A stretch of DNA of 62,198 nucleotides, filler included, from Choristocarpus tenellus KU-1152 (Eukaryota > Protista > Phaeophyceae), in the NCBI GenBank assembly GCA_964200185.2. It is 7 parts of 7 records of this genome, joined end to end, with 100 filler letters (N's around TTAATTAATTAA, not from the genome) between each part and the next. Parts side by side here need not be neighbours in the genome. Positions count along the whole stretch, not along the records: positions 20,500 to 30,633 come from CAXNAD020003133.1; positions 30,734 to 37,919 come from CAXNAD020006567.1; positions 38,020 to 44,718 come from CAXNAD020007536.1; 4 more parts are not named here. One strand, written 5' to 3'. The notes beneath the pieces were generated by a model. That model was not told where the DNA came from, did no database searches, and saw only the letters and a program-made list of their open reading frames with translations. Of this stretch, positions 26,925-38,134 are shown piece by piece; within the stretch, counting starts at the first letter, position 1; the number at the start of each line of letters is the position of its first letter. A program made the translations under genes and the position numbers.

Positions 26925-27221
26925 GACACTCTATTTCTCTTCGGAGGACAGGATAATTGTCGCCCTTGTTCCTAATGATGAAGTGTTAATTTTTGCTTCC
27001 TGGTGTGTTATTTATCTCAACGTGATCGTTCCAAGATGGAGGTGGTAGGACTCAGGCATTATCTTGATTTGTTCACACAGCTCACACAGTTTTTCGTTTG
27101 TGTTCTATTGCGGGAATGCCCAGGTTCGAACCTCAATATCGGAGGCAGATATTTCTTGGTAGAAAATTAATTTAGTTATCATATCGAAATTGCCTTCGGA
27201 ACCTATTATGCCTCACACCTT

Positions 27222-27632
27222 ATGACATTTGTTCTGTGATGCAGGGTTTAAGGTGGTGGTTAACAACATGAACTTTGGGGACTCAAACCCCTTGAGAGTG
27301 AAGCTTCCTTTTATCCCAAATCAGTTTCGATTATCCAATTATACACTACTACAATAACAACGGATTGTACACCTCAATTGTCTACTATCCTGCGTGTCCC
27401 TGTACCACAAAAACGCTGGACCAAAAAATATGTAACACTTGTTCTGTGATTGAGTGTTTGGTGGTGGTTACTCAGATGAACTTTGGGGGTTTGAACCCCT
27501 TCGATGCGAAGCTCCTTTTTTTCGGAAATCCGGTTTCGATTATCCTATTCCACAGGGCAAGAACAACGGATTGTACATCTGCACTCTGATCTATTCTGTC
27601 TGTGAAGCTGTACCACAAAACACCGAACCATA
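27222..27632. repeat. Diverged tandem pair of about 205-bp units
   Basis: Both units contain TTGTTCTGTGAT, GGTGGTGGTTA, ATGAACTTTGGGG, GTTTCGATTATCC, AACAACGGATTGTACA and CTGTACCACAAAA in the same order. Confidence 0.8.
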
Positions 27633-29440
27633 ATCAAGACGGAAACTTGGTGAAGGTCTGAGACAAGATTTTAGGGATGAGATGCTGAAACATTGGCTAC
27701 TCATCTTCTTGTTATAGATACTATACAGTATTGCCAGTTCATACGGACTGCTGATTCGCACATCACTACCGATCGTTACTCGCCTTTTACATTATTGATA
27801 CTAAATTGCAGGATCATGCATTACCATTGCAAGTCCATGGTTCATATCAAGTATGATGAAACAGTCGACATCTCTCAAACATACAAATATATTGTGTTCC
27901 ACATGAGTTGCAGATGCTGCTTAAAGTGTGTTTCCTTAATATCTTCACAGCAGAACCACTAGTTGTATCTCATACAATGTTCCTTTTTTCTTTGGTTGAC
28001 TTTGCCCCCACTCAGACACCGAACTCACTCTGCACTTAAGTGTACCTGCATGAGACGGAGCGACAAGAGGTGGGAGTGCTGAACCCAACACGCAAGAGGC
28101 ATGGAGAGGCAAGCCAGGAACAGAGCCAGTATACAATTAGTCGTCGTAATGCGACAGTTAGTCAATAGTTAGTAGGTGTTTGTGGTGCCCCTCTGACCAC
28201 AGGCCGGGACAGTTCCAAGACTAATAATGTGCGATAAGTAATTATCATAACCTTACTATATATTTCCCCTAAACCACAAAAAGAGATGCGTAAAGATTTG
28301 GATGGAGAAGATCATTCCGGATGGATGAGTACATGTTACAGCACGCTCCAGAAGCTTACCTCCACAGGATGTATAGTACTAATCCACTGGCCTATAGATG
28401 ACACTGATGTTCGTACAAGCCTCCCAGGATACTCTGACAATCGACAGGTCCAATGCACGTCAGACCAGCAGAACAGGGGTACTTCTCTCAATCATTATCA
28501 GTATCTGAACTTGGTATCGGAATTTTAAGTAAAGTGATGAAAGGGCATTGATTATGCAAACCCCTTCTTATTATTTCTTTCATCGTCATTTACCGTTTAT
28601 TTATTTGCTCTGGTTAACGGACGTTGGAATACATCTAAAAACCGTTGCGTCCATTCCCGAGTTACAGATCTTACTCTAAAACTCTTAGCAACTCGGAGTT
28701 CTTCTTTATAAGGCTCCCCACGCGTGTATACTGCTCACGCTTGTTAGAACGCAGGAAGAACTATTCGCGTTATTCGCCTGTAACATACGCACCAGATTCG
28801 AGGGGACAGAAGGAGCGATAAGCGCTGAGATGGCTGAATCTAATGGGCGAGAAAAAAATCAAGGAAAAAAGAGGGCAGTCCAATCATGGAAGCATTTTGT
28901 ATGCAGTGGTGAACGAGATTGTGTTATTATCTACTATATATTTATTTTGCCCTGTGACATTTTGCAGATGTGCCAGGGAAAAAACTGATGAAAACTTTTC
29001 ACGTATCTGAAAAAACTCTAAAGAAGTAACAGTAGTCACAAGAGTGAAAAAAAAAGTTAATCTATTGTGGTATAATGTGTAAGAAAGGGAGGTGGACAAG
29101 AACAGGTATACCTGTGCCATTTGGCGGCAAAAACGGGTATCGCGGAAAACAAGTTGGAAAAATGAGCTCGTCTGCCACGAGATCGCTCCCACCCCAAATC
29201 CAGGACTTTTCACCGGGCCGGATAGTTAGCATGTCCACTGCCGGCCATATGGCCGTGGGCCAGCCTGCAGCCCAGTCATGTTGAAACAGTCGATGGTCAT
29301 GGACTCGGTCACATTCCAACTTGGTTGTACATGGCCGACCACTGGCCCCTGTCATGTTGACTAGTGATGGCCATGGGTTCAGCCATACTAGAACATTTTA
29401 TTCATGACCAGTCACGTAATATTTTTTTACACTTGGACCA

Positions 29441-29620
29441 GGCTCAAAGTATCTGGGGGGGAGGGGGGATCTACTCCAGGGTATCCATTTGGGCCCTAAC
29501 CAGGAAGAGTGCACTTACATTATTCATCTGACATATGCAATCCAAAGCACCCAAAAATCGCGACATGGAAAAATGGACCCCAAATGGACAGCCGCCACCC
29601 CACCCCAGATACTTTGAGCC
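29441..29620. mobile_element. MITE subfamily A, complete 180-bp copy
   Basis: Perfect 18-bp TIR GGCTCAAAGTATCTGGGG / CCCCAGATACTTTGAGCC flanked by ACCA/ACCA. Confidence 0.92.
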
Positions 29621-29971
29621 ACCAGCTACGTCATGACCATGCCTCCCAAATTACCATTCACTCAAACATTCTCTGACATGTCCTGACTGTGTTCACTGGA
29701 TATTGTACCCATCCATGTCTCTCAGTGGGACCGGGTCTAGCATTCTCTAACATGTCTAGACCATGTCCGCCATATAATTGTACAGAACTGTGTCCGCTGC
29801 ATGGTCAGTCTAACCTTATTCTTGCATGTCTGGACCATGACCACCAGTCGGTCTAACATTTTTTGCAATGTCTGGACCATGTCCACGATGTATTATACTA
29901 GTCCAACACTGAAAAATGTGTTCATTGCTGGGAAAAACAGCTACTTTTTACGGTTTTATATGAGGAAGCAT

Positions 29972-30525
29972 TTACTGGCAGAGGCATGTGATACGGGTGC
30001 TGCTCGGAGCGATGCAGGACTCTAAAAATACAATGTTTACACTATCGGTGTAGCAGTGAAGAATTTTGATATATTTCGCGTACAAGACACGAAATGCAAA
30101 GAGACCACAGAGGGAACTATGACTTTCTATCTCTTTATTGCGGCCATGGTGGCACATTGCATTTTCAAACACCAGCATTATCTTTTTACCTGAGAACTTC
30201 TTGAACTTTGGCAGGAGGTAGAAGGACAGTCAAGACATAAACATATCGTCGTCATTCAAGGTGAGGTAGTCCCCTTTGGCAGTCTTGGCAGGCCACAACC
30301 ACTCAGCAGTGAACTCCTCAACAAGATTATTGTTCCCTCAACAACTGTGAAGTTATTCTCGTCAACCATGGAGAGAGAGTCATATTTGGTGATGTCATGG
30401 ACAACTATCATTCTCAAGTCCCCCCCCGTTGTGTGCCCCATTATTTCGTCAAATGTCACACTCCTATCGACTTTGTAGTACGAATAAGCTGAGCCATGCA
30501 TTTGATGAATAAAACTCTCATCCAT
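29972..30525 (-). pseudogene. Decayed IS630/Tc1-type DDE transposase fragment
   Basis: MDESFIHQMH (first catalytic D), then after a frameshift KGDYLTLNDDDMFMS*LSFYLLPKF..GKKIMLVFENAMCHH (cf. GDYHxxM..FxxW..LxP..LVxDNAxYH); contains a stop and a frameshift. Confidence 0.72.
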
Positions 30526-30529
30526 ATTT

Positions 30530-30633
30530 GGGTCAAAGTATCTGGGGGGGGGGATTGTCGGCGTCCGTTTTTCACCCTTTTTTCGATTTTCGCTTTTTTG
30601 GTGTAATTTGGTCGCGCGTGGCGGATTTGAAAT
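30530..30633. mobile_element. MITE subfamily A-type left end at contig break
   Basis: GGGTCAAAGTATCTGGGGGGG directly abutting the transposase fragment. Confidence 0.75.
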
Positions 30634-30733
30634 NNNNNNNNNNNNNNNNNNNNNNNNNNNNNNNNNNNNNNNNNNNNTTAATTAATTAANNNNNNNNNNN
30701 NNNNNNNNNNNNNNNNNNNNNNNNNNNNNNNNN
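30634..30733. other. Artificial contig-joining spacer
   Basis: N44-TTAATTAATTAA-N44. Confidence 0.98.
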
Positions 30734-33700
30734 GGGGGTGAGATACATGATGGGACATCAACTTCGCAAGGGGGTGAGGCTAGGGCTGGGGCAAGAAATA
30801 CGGTGGCCATGGGGGCTAGACCGGTATTCACCCCGAAATTGAAACAGTATTCCTCAAAACAACCTGCGTTTAAGGGGGAACCAGGGACGTGGAGGAAATG
30901 GAGCAAATTTTTTCTTACACACGAAGTGAAAGTATCTTAGAGGGTACAAGTTTTGCCCTATTTATCCATTTGGAGCTTGGCTTTCAACTGTTTTCAATGA
31001 TATTTTACCTACTCCAAAATGGTACTGGAACCAATATGAAAAGGTGTGTCCGGAACAAGTATACTGACACTTCCTAGTAAACACGATAGCCAAAGTTACA
31101 TAAAAAATTGCAACATTGGATTTTGGCCACCAAATGGACACGGCTCTACCCTCTAAGATACTTTGACTCCACGATCTCTCATCAGGATGGAGGGAGTCAT
31201 TAGTTATGAAGGAACATTTAAGGGTACTGCCATTGGAGTATTCCCCGGCGGGTGTGGATCCATATCTGCACCATGCGACGACGTATGCTATCAATGGACT
31301 GCAGGAGGCAACGGCAGGACCTGCGTTGGACATCGTGCTGACGTACGAGTCACCGAGTGAGGTGTTTGCCGCACTTGTGAAGAACTATGCCCATTCAGGC
31401 CAGACTGAGAAAAAACTGGTAAAAAGGCAATTGATGGAGATGGTACTGGAACCTGGAGGATATCCTGCTAATATTATCAACCGGCAGGGGGCTCTTATAA
31501 TGGAGTTAAAGAGCTTGGGAGGTACCGTTACAGAGGAAGATTGAGTGGGTTGGCTACAAAATTCACTTGGCGAGGAGTATCTGGACATCATGTCCCAGAT
31601 AGATGATGAGGAGTCGGTGGAAGGAAGGATTAAACTGGAAAGATTAGTCCTCAAAAGATGTAGACTGCACTCCATTCAAAGAGGGTCAGACTCGGCTGGG
31701 GTGAGAGCTGGTACACTGGTGGCTGGACGGTAATCCAGACGAAATGGTGGACAACCCAGTTGCTGGGAATGTGGTGGACCTCACTTTCGGTCTAAGTGTC
31801 CTCTCATCAAACAACAGAAGGCGAGTGATGGGGGTATTACATGTGTTGTATGCGGGGAAAAGGGACATCAACGCTTCGAATGTCCAGAAAGAAAATTGGG
31901 AGCTTCAAGGGGTCAGGAATCTTCAAACATCCAGAAGAAGAAGAATCGGGTGGGGGGGAATGGTTCTAAGAACAAGGGAAGCGGACCAAATTTGATGGAT
32001 CTGGCGATGGATAACGGAGACTGGCGGGGTTTTCAGTAACCAATCAAGTGAGTTATCTTGCTAGTAAGGTAAAATCACTTCCTTTCAAGAGGCCATCATG
32101 GGTTGAGGTTTGGATTTGGGACAGTGGAGTCACACATAATTTTACGACGACCAATAAAAACATGTTTAATTGGGAATCTTGTGATGGAACCGTTGCAGTT
32201 GGAGGTGGTGGAACACTTGACATAGTGGGAAAGGGAGACATCAAATTGGAATGTGTTCTGAGTGGTAAACTGAAGACCGTGGTGTTTACTAACGTACTTG
32301 TCGTGCCTGATCTTGGTGTGAACTTGTATTCTGCCAAGGCTTGCATGTGAGATGGACACAGTTTCCAGTCTGTAGACTCCACTAGAATCTCTAATTTTAG
32401 GGGCAACAGGGAAAGAAATCTCATCTTCACGTCATTGGGGGAGGAGGAATTATTCTCCCTAGGGATGCACGGCGTGGGTGTGAGGAATAGCTCCGATTCT
32501 ACTAATGTCCCTACCACTGATGTAACGTCCATTTTTGGCAACCAAGAATTAACTTGGTTCAGAAAACTGCGTCGAGGGATGTGAATGAGCTGCACACACG
32601 ATTAGGTCATGTTCATCAGGGGTTGGACAGGAAAGACGCTTCAGCGCAGAACATTTTGTTAACTGGAATATCGGAGCCATCTTGTCGAGGTTGTCCACTC
32701 GGCAAGGGTCATAGGCATCCAATTCCACAGGAGATGGAGAATCGTGCTTCAGTAAAGGGGAAAGATGTTGATGTGGACTCGGCTGGAATGAATGCAACAT
32801 CAGAGGAAGAGCTTGTGATATCTGATGATCTCGACCAGGAGGGGGCTAGAGGAGTCGATTTCGCACAGGATGAGACCAGAGGTATCAACCTAACCCACGC
32901 TGGGGCTAGAGATGTCGATCTCACTCGAGAGGGGAGTGGAGGCGATGTCGATTTTGGAGGATCGATGTTTGGCAATACTAAATCAGTGGATGATACTGTA
33001 ACGATGTGGACGCTTTCCCTTGAGGGGGTTAAAGAGAATGTCATAGTCCCAGGAGGGATTGTTGGAGGGGAGGGCCCCACTCCAAAGATGGCACGGGCAG
33101 TTATTGATCCAGGAGGGTCAATAAGTTTGAATGCAGAATTAGATTCCCCATATATGGATTTTGGGGTAGGACATTTGATGGCTAAGGATGTCAAACCAGG
33201 ACTATGGATGAGTCCAGTCAAAATGCTTCTAAGAACTCTTTGCCAAGTCCTGTGGTAGCAGAAAATGCAATAAGGGTGATGGAGAAAAGGGAGTTAGATG
33301 AACGGTCGAACACTGACATTGATAGTGTGGACCCAGTGTCACAGCAGGGGAGAGTGAGGAACAAAATGCTGCGACATGTGGATCCAAGTAATGGCCCTAC
33401 ATCTGAACCGGGCGAACTAACGGAGGAGTTACCTGGAATTGAGCGGGAATTGAAAATGCGAGAGGCAATGGAATCAGAAGAGTGGTCTTTGTGGAAGGGG
33501 ACTGTGTACGAGGAAATGGGCATACAAAACAGACATTCAAAGACTCAGTCCCCATTTACGCCAATTGTGTGACTTCAAGATTTTCTGTGTCTGGTGGCGT
33601 GGTAGTGTTTGGAGGTGTATGTGTGAGCTGGTGGTTAAAAACGCAGAAAATTGCTCCTTTATCTACCACTAAGGCCGAGTTATGTGTCATTGTGTGATTT

Positions 33701-34350
33701 GGCCAAAGAGGTTATGTTCTTGAAGCAAGTTCAATCTTTTTTTGGAGTCAAATGTGTGTGTGTGTGTGTGTGTGCACGAGTATTGTGTACGATTGTTTGA
33801 AGACCATAGTGGGGCAAACAAGTTGGCTGAGAAGACAGCTTCAGGGGGTAGGACAAAACATATAGATTTCACATATCATTATGTTAGAAACCTAGTGAAA
33901 GAGGGGAAGGCACAGGTTGTGTATGTAAACTCTGGTGAACAAAATGGAGATTTGTTCGTGAAGGCTTTGAGTGCTAATGTGTTAGAGTATCACACTAGAA
34001 CCATCATGCATTGTGAGTAAGGGGTAGTGTGCAGATTGAGTTCATTCGATTCATGATGAATGGACTGAGCAAGGGAGTGTGTCATGAGTTTGCTTATCCA
34101 TGTGTGGGATTAAAATTTGAAGTTTACAGGATAAGTTGATTTCAAGTTGGGTTTTATTGTTGGACTGATTTGATTCTCATAGTCAGAGTAGGGGAGTGTG
34201 TCAAGATTATGCTTGACCATTTGTGAGAATATGATTTGAAGTATTATTTTATGTACGCACAGAAGATAATGCGGGACATTCGGGATATTTAGGGTTAGGG
34301 TATTTGACCAGAAGCAATCGGCGAACTATTAGAGTCGGAGTGTTTCTGAC
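30734..34350 (+). mobile_element. Decayed Ty1/copia LTR retrotransposon (gag, protease, pre-integrase, RNase H; IN and RT cores missing)
   Basis: Zinc knuckles CWECGGPHFRSKC and CVVCGEKGHQRFEC (about 31760-31885); protease WIWDSGVTHN..NVLVVPDLGVNLYS; LHTRLGH..CRGCPLGKGHRHP; RNase H SVSG..VSW..KTQ..LSTTKAE and RTKHIDFTYHYVR..QNGDLFVKAL; polypurine tract AGAGTAGGGGAG then TGTCAAG at about 34199 (likely 3' LTR start); several stops and frameshifts. Confidence 0.92.
30924..31169. mobile_element. MITE subfamily B inserted in copia gag
   Basis: TIR AAAGTATCTTAGAGGGTA/TACCCTCTAAGATACTTT; TSD CACG/CACG; removing it restores the gag frame. Confidence 0.92.
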
Positions 34351-34609
34351 GAGTGAAAGTATCTTAGAGAGTACCATTTTTGTCCTGTTTGTCCATTTGG
34401 GACTTGGCTTCCCATGGATTCTCTTACGACATTTCCCTATTCCAAAATGTTTAGGGGTAGGTAAAGTGTATACATTATAAAAAGGTGCGTCCAGAAGATG
34501 GATATTGACACTTCCTGACAAACATGATAGCCAAAATCACATCAAAATCACAACATTGGATTTTGGCCCTAAAATGGACACGGCTCTACCCTCTAAGATA
34601 CATTGGCCC
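34351..34609. mobile_element. MITE subfamily B copy
   Basis: GAGTGAAAGTATCTTAGAG...CTCTAAGATACATTGGCCC; colinear with 30924-31169; TSD not preserved. Confidence 0.85.
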
Positions 34610-36470
34610 ACAGTGCGGACAGAGTGCCAAACAGCAACAGACAGCTAATGAAGATCATTCACCAAGGGGTATGAGTACAAATTAAGTATAATATTCCCAG
34701 TGCATACTCATCTTCCCCATGCATGGCATTGAGTCCAAGCAAAGGTTAGTGAATATACCCCTCAACAATCCCTCTGAGTAGCATGATGAAAAAATGAAGT
34801 GATTTTGCAGACTGTTGTCATACGATGTGCTGGCGAACAAAAACATATTAAGCCAGAATCCAGGAGTCAGATCAATCTTGTTGTGGGGTCTCTGTTGGGG
34901 TACAAAAAGGTGACGTAGTGTCATTGTCTGGATAAAAAACAGAGCTGATGATTTACTTCGAATGAGCCAGTATAGCTGCTTGCCTTTCCTCTATGTGCAG
35001 AACATGCTGAGCATAAAGACCCCCAAACTGTTGAGGGGCCCTGCCGGAGCCAAATCTATTTAGGAGACACTTGTATTTGGTTTACATTTCCTACAGGAAG
35101 GGGAGTGTGATAAGGTACAAAGCGCCTCTAGTGTTGGAGATTTAAAGTTCGCCTTGACAAGAACTCAAAATCGGAGACAGTCTCTACCCTCCTCGTTCTT
35201 CCCCTTCAGAACACAGAGATTGGTTAAGCCCGTCACAAAAAATGCTTAAATCTTCGCACACATGTAGGTTTTGCACCCCAAACATAGGCTGTGGAACATC
35301 TTCCCACAACCACCATAGAAAAGTGACCTGGGCTTCATTTGTGGGTAGTGGCACCCATCACTCGTCATGAAGCTCGGCCCCAATCGCCTATTGTCTATTG
35401 CATCACCACTTATTCTTCAATATATTATGAATGACCCTAGTTGGGTGCTGAACAATGATTAGGTGGCTCTCCAACCATCACCCAGCATTCCTGAGTGCTG
35501 ACGATTTTCGACAAGAAGCAGCGAAATTCAGGGGGAAAGCATTGTTCTGCCGGCAGCATTCTTGTCAACACCCCAACTTAATCTTGTGGAAATCTCCAAT
35601 TTAAACTCAAACTCGGTGACTTGATGAATTTTTGCCATACTTGGTACCCTGATCCCAATAACTCTCAGTCAAAACACAAGTGGAAAACTCCAGCGACACT
35701 CTATTCATGCCCAGTAGCCGTTCCTCGAGCATTTATTTGTCGATCTTCACCTTACTCCGGCATTAAGTAGATTCATATATATATTTATATATATACATAT
35801 TGGAATAGATGATCGTCAATGATGTAGGAGCAAACCGTGGATATTGTCAACTAATCTTCAAAAAAAATATCTTTAATTTCTGACAAGTCCTTCACCGTGT
35901 CCTCAACTAACAAAATAAAAGCTCAAGGAGACAAGGCCTAAATTGAGACCAGCCCTGGTCTTAAATACCAATATATTGTACAAAGTATGCACTATGTCGT
36001 GCCTTATTCGGCCTGTTGCACGGCCCCAATTAGTTCTTCAGAAAGCCCGGACCCGTCCCTTAGAAATATATTATTAACGAGTCGACTTGGGGCCCTGCTT
36101 TGTCCAAATCTCTGTGAGTATGGTCCGACCCTGTTAGGGACAATCCTTGTTGAACTGACTTACTAGACTCACAGTCCGCCCCGTCACAGCTATCTAGTTC
36201 CGTCCAATGCTCTTAATAGTCAAGAACATCCAACATCGTTCCAATCAACACTCACAGGAATGGAGTGGCATGATTCCAACTCATGTTTTACTACTACTTT
36301 AAAGTGCTATTTATCTCATTTTCACTGTTGATAATCAGTTTTATTGTGGTTCTGCCAAGAGTGGAGCAAAAAATACAAAATATTAATATCCACGTCACAT
36401 GTTACCTCTACACTTGACACCAAGGCCCCTCATTTTTTCTCCAAATAGCTCCCTCCCCGTTAAACCCACA

Positions 36471-36729
36471 GAGCCAAAGTATCTTAGAGGGTAGAGTCAC
36501 GTCCATCTGGGGACCAAAGTCGGATGTTGCGATTATGATATAATTTTGGCTATCGCTTTTGTTAGGAAGTGTCAATATCCATGTTCCTGACACACTTTTT
36601 CATAACACAAACACTTTACCTACTCCTAAACATTTTGGAGTAGCAAAATGTCACTAAAGAACTCATGAGAAGTCAAGCCCCAAATGGACAAACGGGGCAA
36701 AACTCATACCCTCTAAGATACTTTCCCTC
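36471..36729. mobile_element. MITE subfamily B copy (opposite orientation)
   Basis: GAGCCAAAGTATCTTAGAGGGTA...TACCCTCTAAGATACTTTCCCTC. Confidence 0.88.
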
Positions 36730-37814
36730 ACAGGACCTCAAATCTATGGATAACAATGTAATCTGAACTTCCAGATGAACAGAGGCACAGCATACAGTAC
36801 ACAGTATCTTACAGAGGCGATCTGGATGAGGAAATGAATCGGAGGAATCAATTAAGACCATATGAGAAGACCATTTCTGTGACCAGGTAGTATAATATGA
36901 ACAATCTTGTAGAGTCCTATAAAAGGAGCGACACGAAACCAAATACACATGTTCGTACTCTTCAAAAGCTCTAGATTCTGCCATCTCAGATTTCTTTTTA
37001 AATTGTAACATATTTAAAAGTATAATATTACTCTCACTACCTTTGTTCATTTAAAAAAAAATAGTCTCCTGCAAAACGATTTTACATACAACAAAATGTC
37101 CACCACCATTAAACCTTAACACTAGAGCTCTAGAGTAGATCCAAGATTGGCTTAAATGATATACCATATTATTCTTTGGAACCAGTACAGTGCTACTGAA
37201 GTAACTCACCCCAAGAGTGAAAGGCGAAAGAAATGAGAAGACATTGGTCAGAAGCGGCGTTGAACTTGGTGTTTTGCGCCATGCGGCAACCTGAAGGCTG
37301 ATATCCATGACTGGCACATGTAAATTTATTGACGACAATGCAAACCGCAACAGAGTCGCAAATATTCATTATTGCGGAGTCAGTAGGGTATTGGGTGGGT
37401 GGGGAAGAAACAGAAGGTGTGAATGAGGCACTACTAACGAGATACTGAAATGTAGTCGAAAAGAGTTCCCATGTCATAAAGTTTGTTGAGCAATAGATTC
37501 ACTTTGATTAATGCATTGCACAAGAGCACCAAATCAGGTACATAAAATTCGCATGTTTTAACTATAGAAAGTGCAATACTTGGCAACCTCAAACACACCA
37601 ACATTTTTCTAGTCCATTTCCAAAACAAATAATTGGATTTGATGCCCTAATTGTTTGCTAATCCAAGCGGTATGAGACTAAAGAATTGGTCCATTCCAAG
37701 CGTCCACTCCAAGAGGAATATAATCATGATAATCAAAGTAATCCATCTTTTATTTTCATAACAAAAAACGTCATACTACTTCAAAAATAAATTAAGACAA
37801 TCATCAAACAAATA

Positions 37815-37919
37815 GGGTCAAAGTATCTGGGGGAGGGGGGCGGTTTGTGAGGGGGCGTCAGTTTCGGTTAAAGAACTCTTTTTTTGCTGACATTTCAAAT
37901 CCAACACGTGCGACCAAAT
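37815..37919. mobile_element. MITE subfamily A-type left end at contig break
   Basis: GGGTCAAAGTATCTGGGGGAGGGGGG. Confidence 0.75.
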
Positions 37920-38019
37920 NNNNNNNNNNNNNNNNNNNNNNNNNNNNNNNNNNNNNNNNNNNNTTAATTAATTAANNNNNNNNNNNNNNNNNNNNNNNNN
38001 NNNNNNNNNNNNNNNNNNN
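37920..38019. other. Artificial contig-joining spacer
   Basis: N44-TTAATTAATTAA-N44. Confidence 0.98.
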
Positions 38020-38134
38020 TTCCCCCCCCCACCCCCTTCCCATCTCCAACCCTCTTTAGTGTGTACAGCCCCCCTGCCCTGCTCCCCCCCCCCCCCCCCC
38101 CCGGTTTTGATGCCACTGTCATGCCTTGAAATAG

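Noticed and set aside
29972-30525. The Tc1-like or mariner transposases as the mobiliser of the MITEs
   Set aside because: Tc1/mariner make TA duplications whereas the MITEs have variable 4-bp TSDs, and the MITEs are inserted into these relics
34287-34300. TTTAGGGTTAGGG telomere-like motif in the putative LTR
   Set aside because: Only two units, too short to call an interstitial telomere
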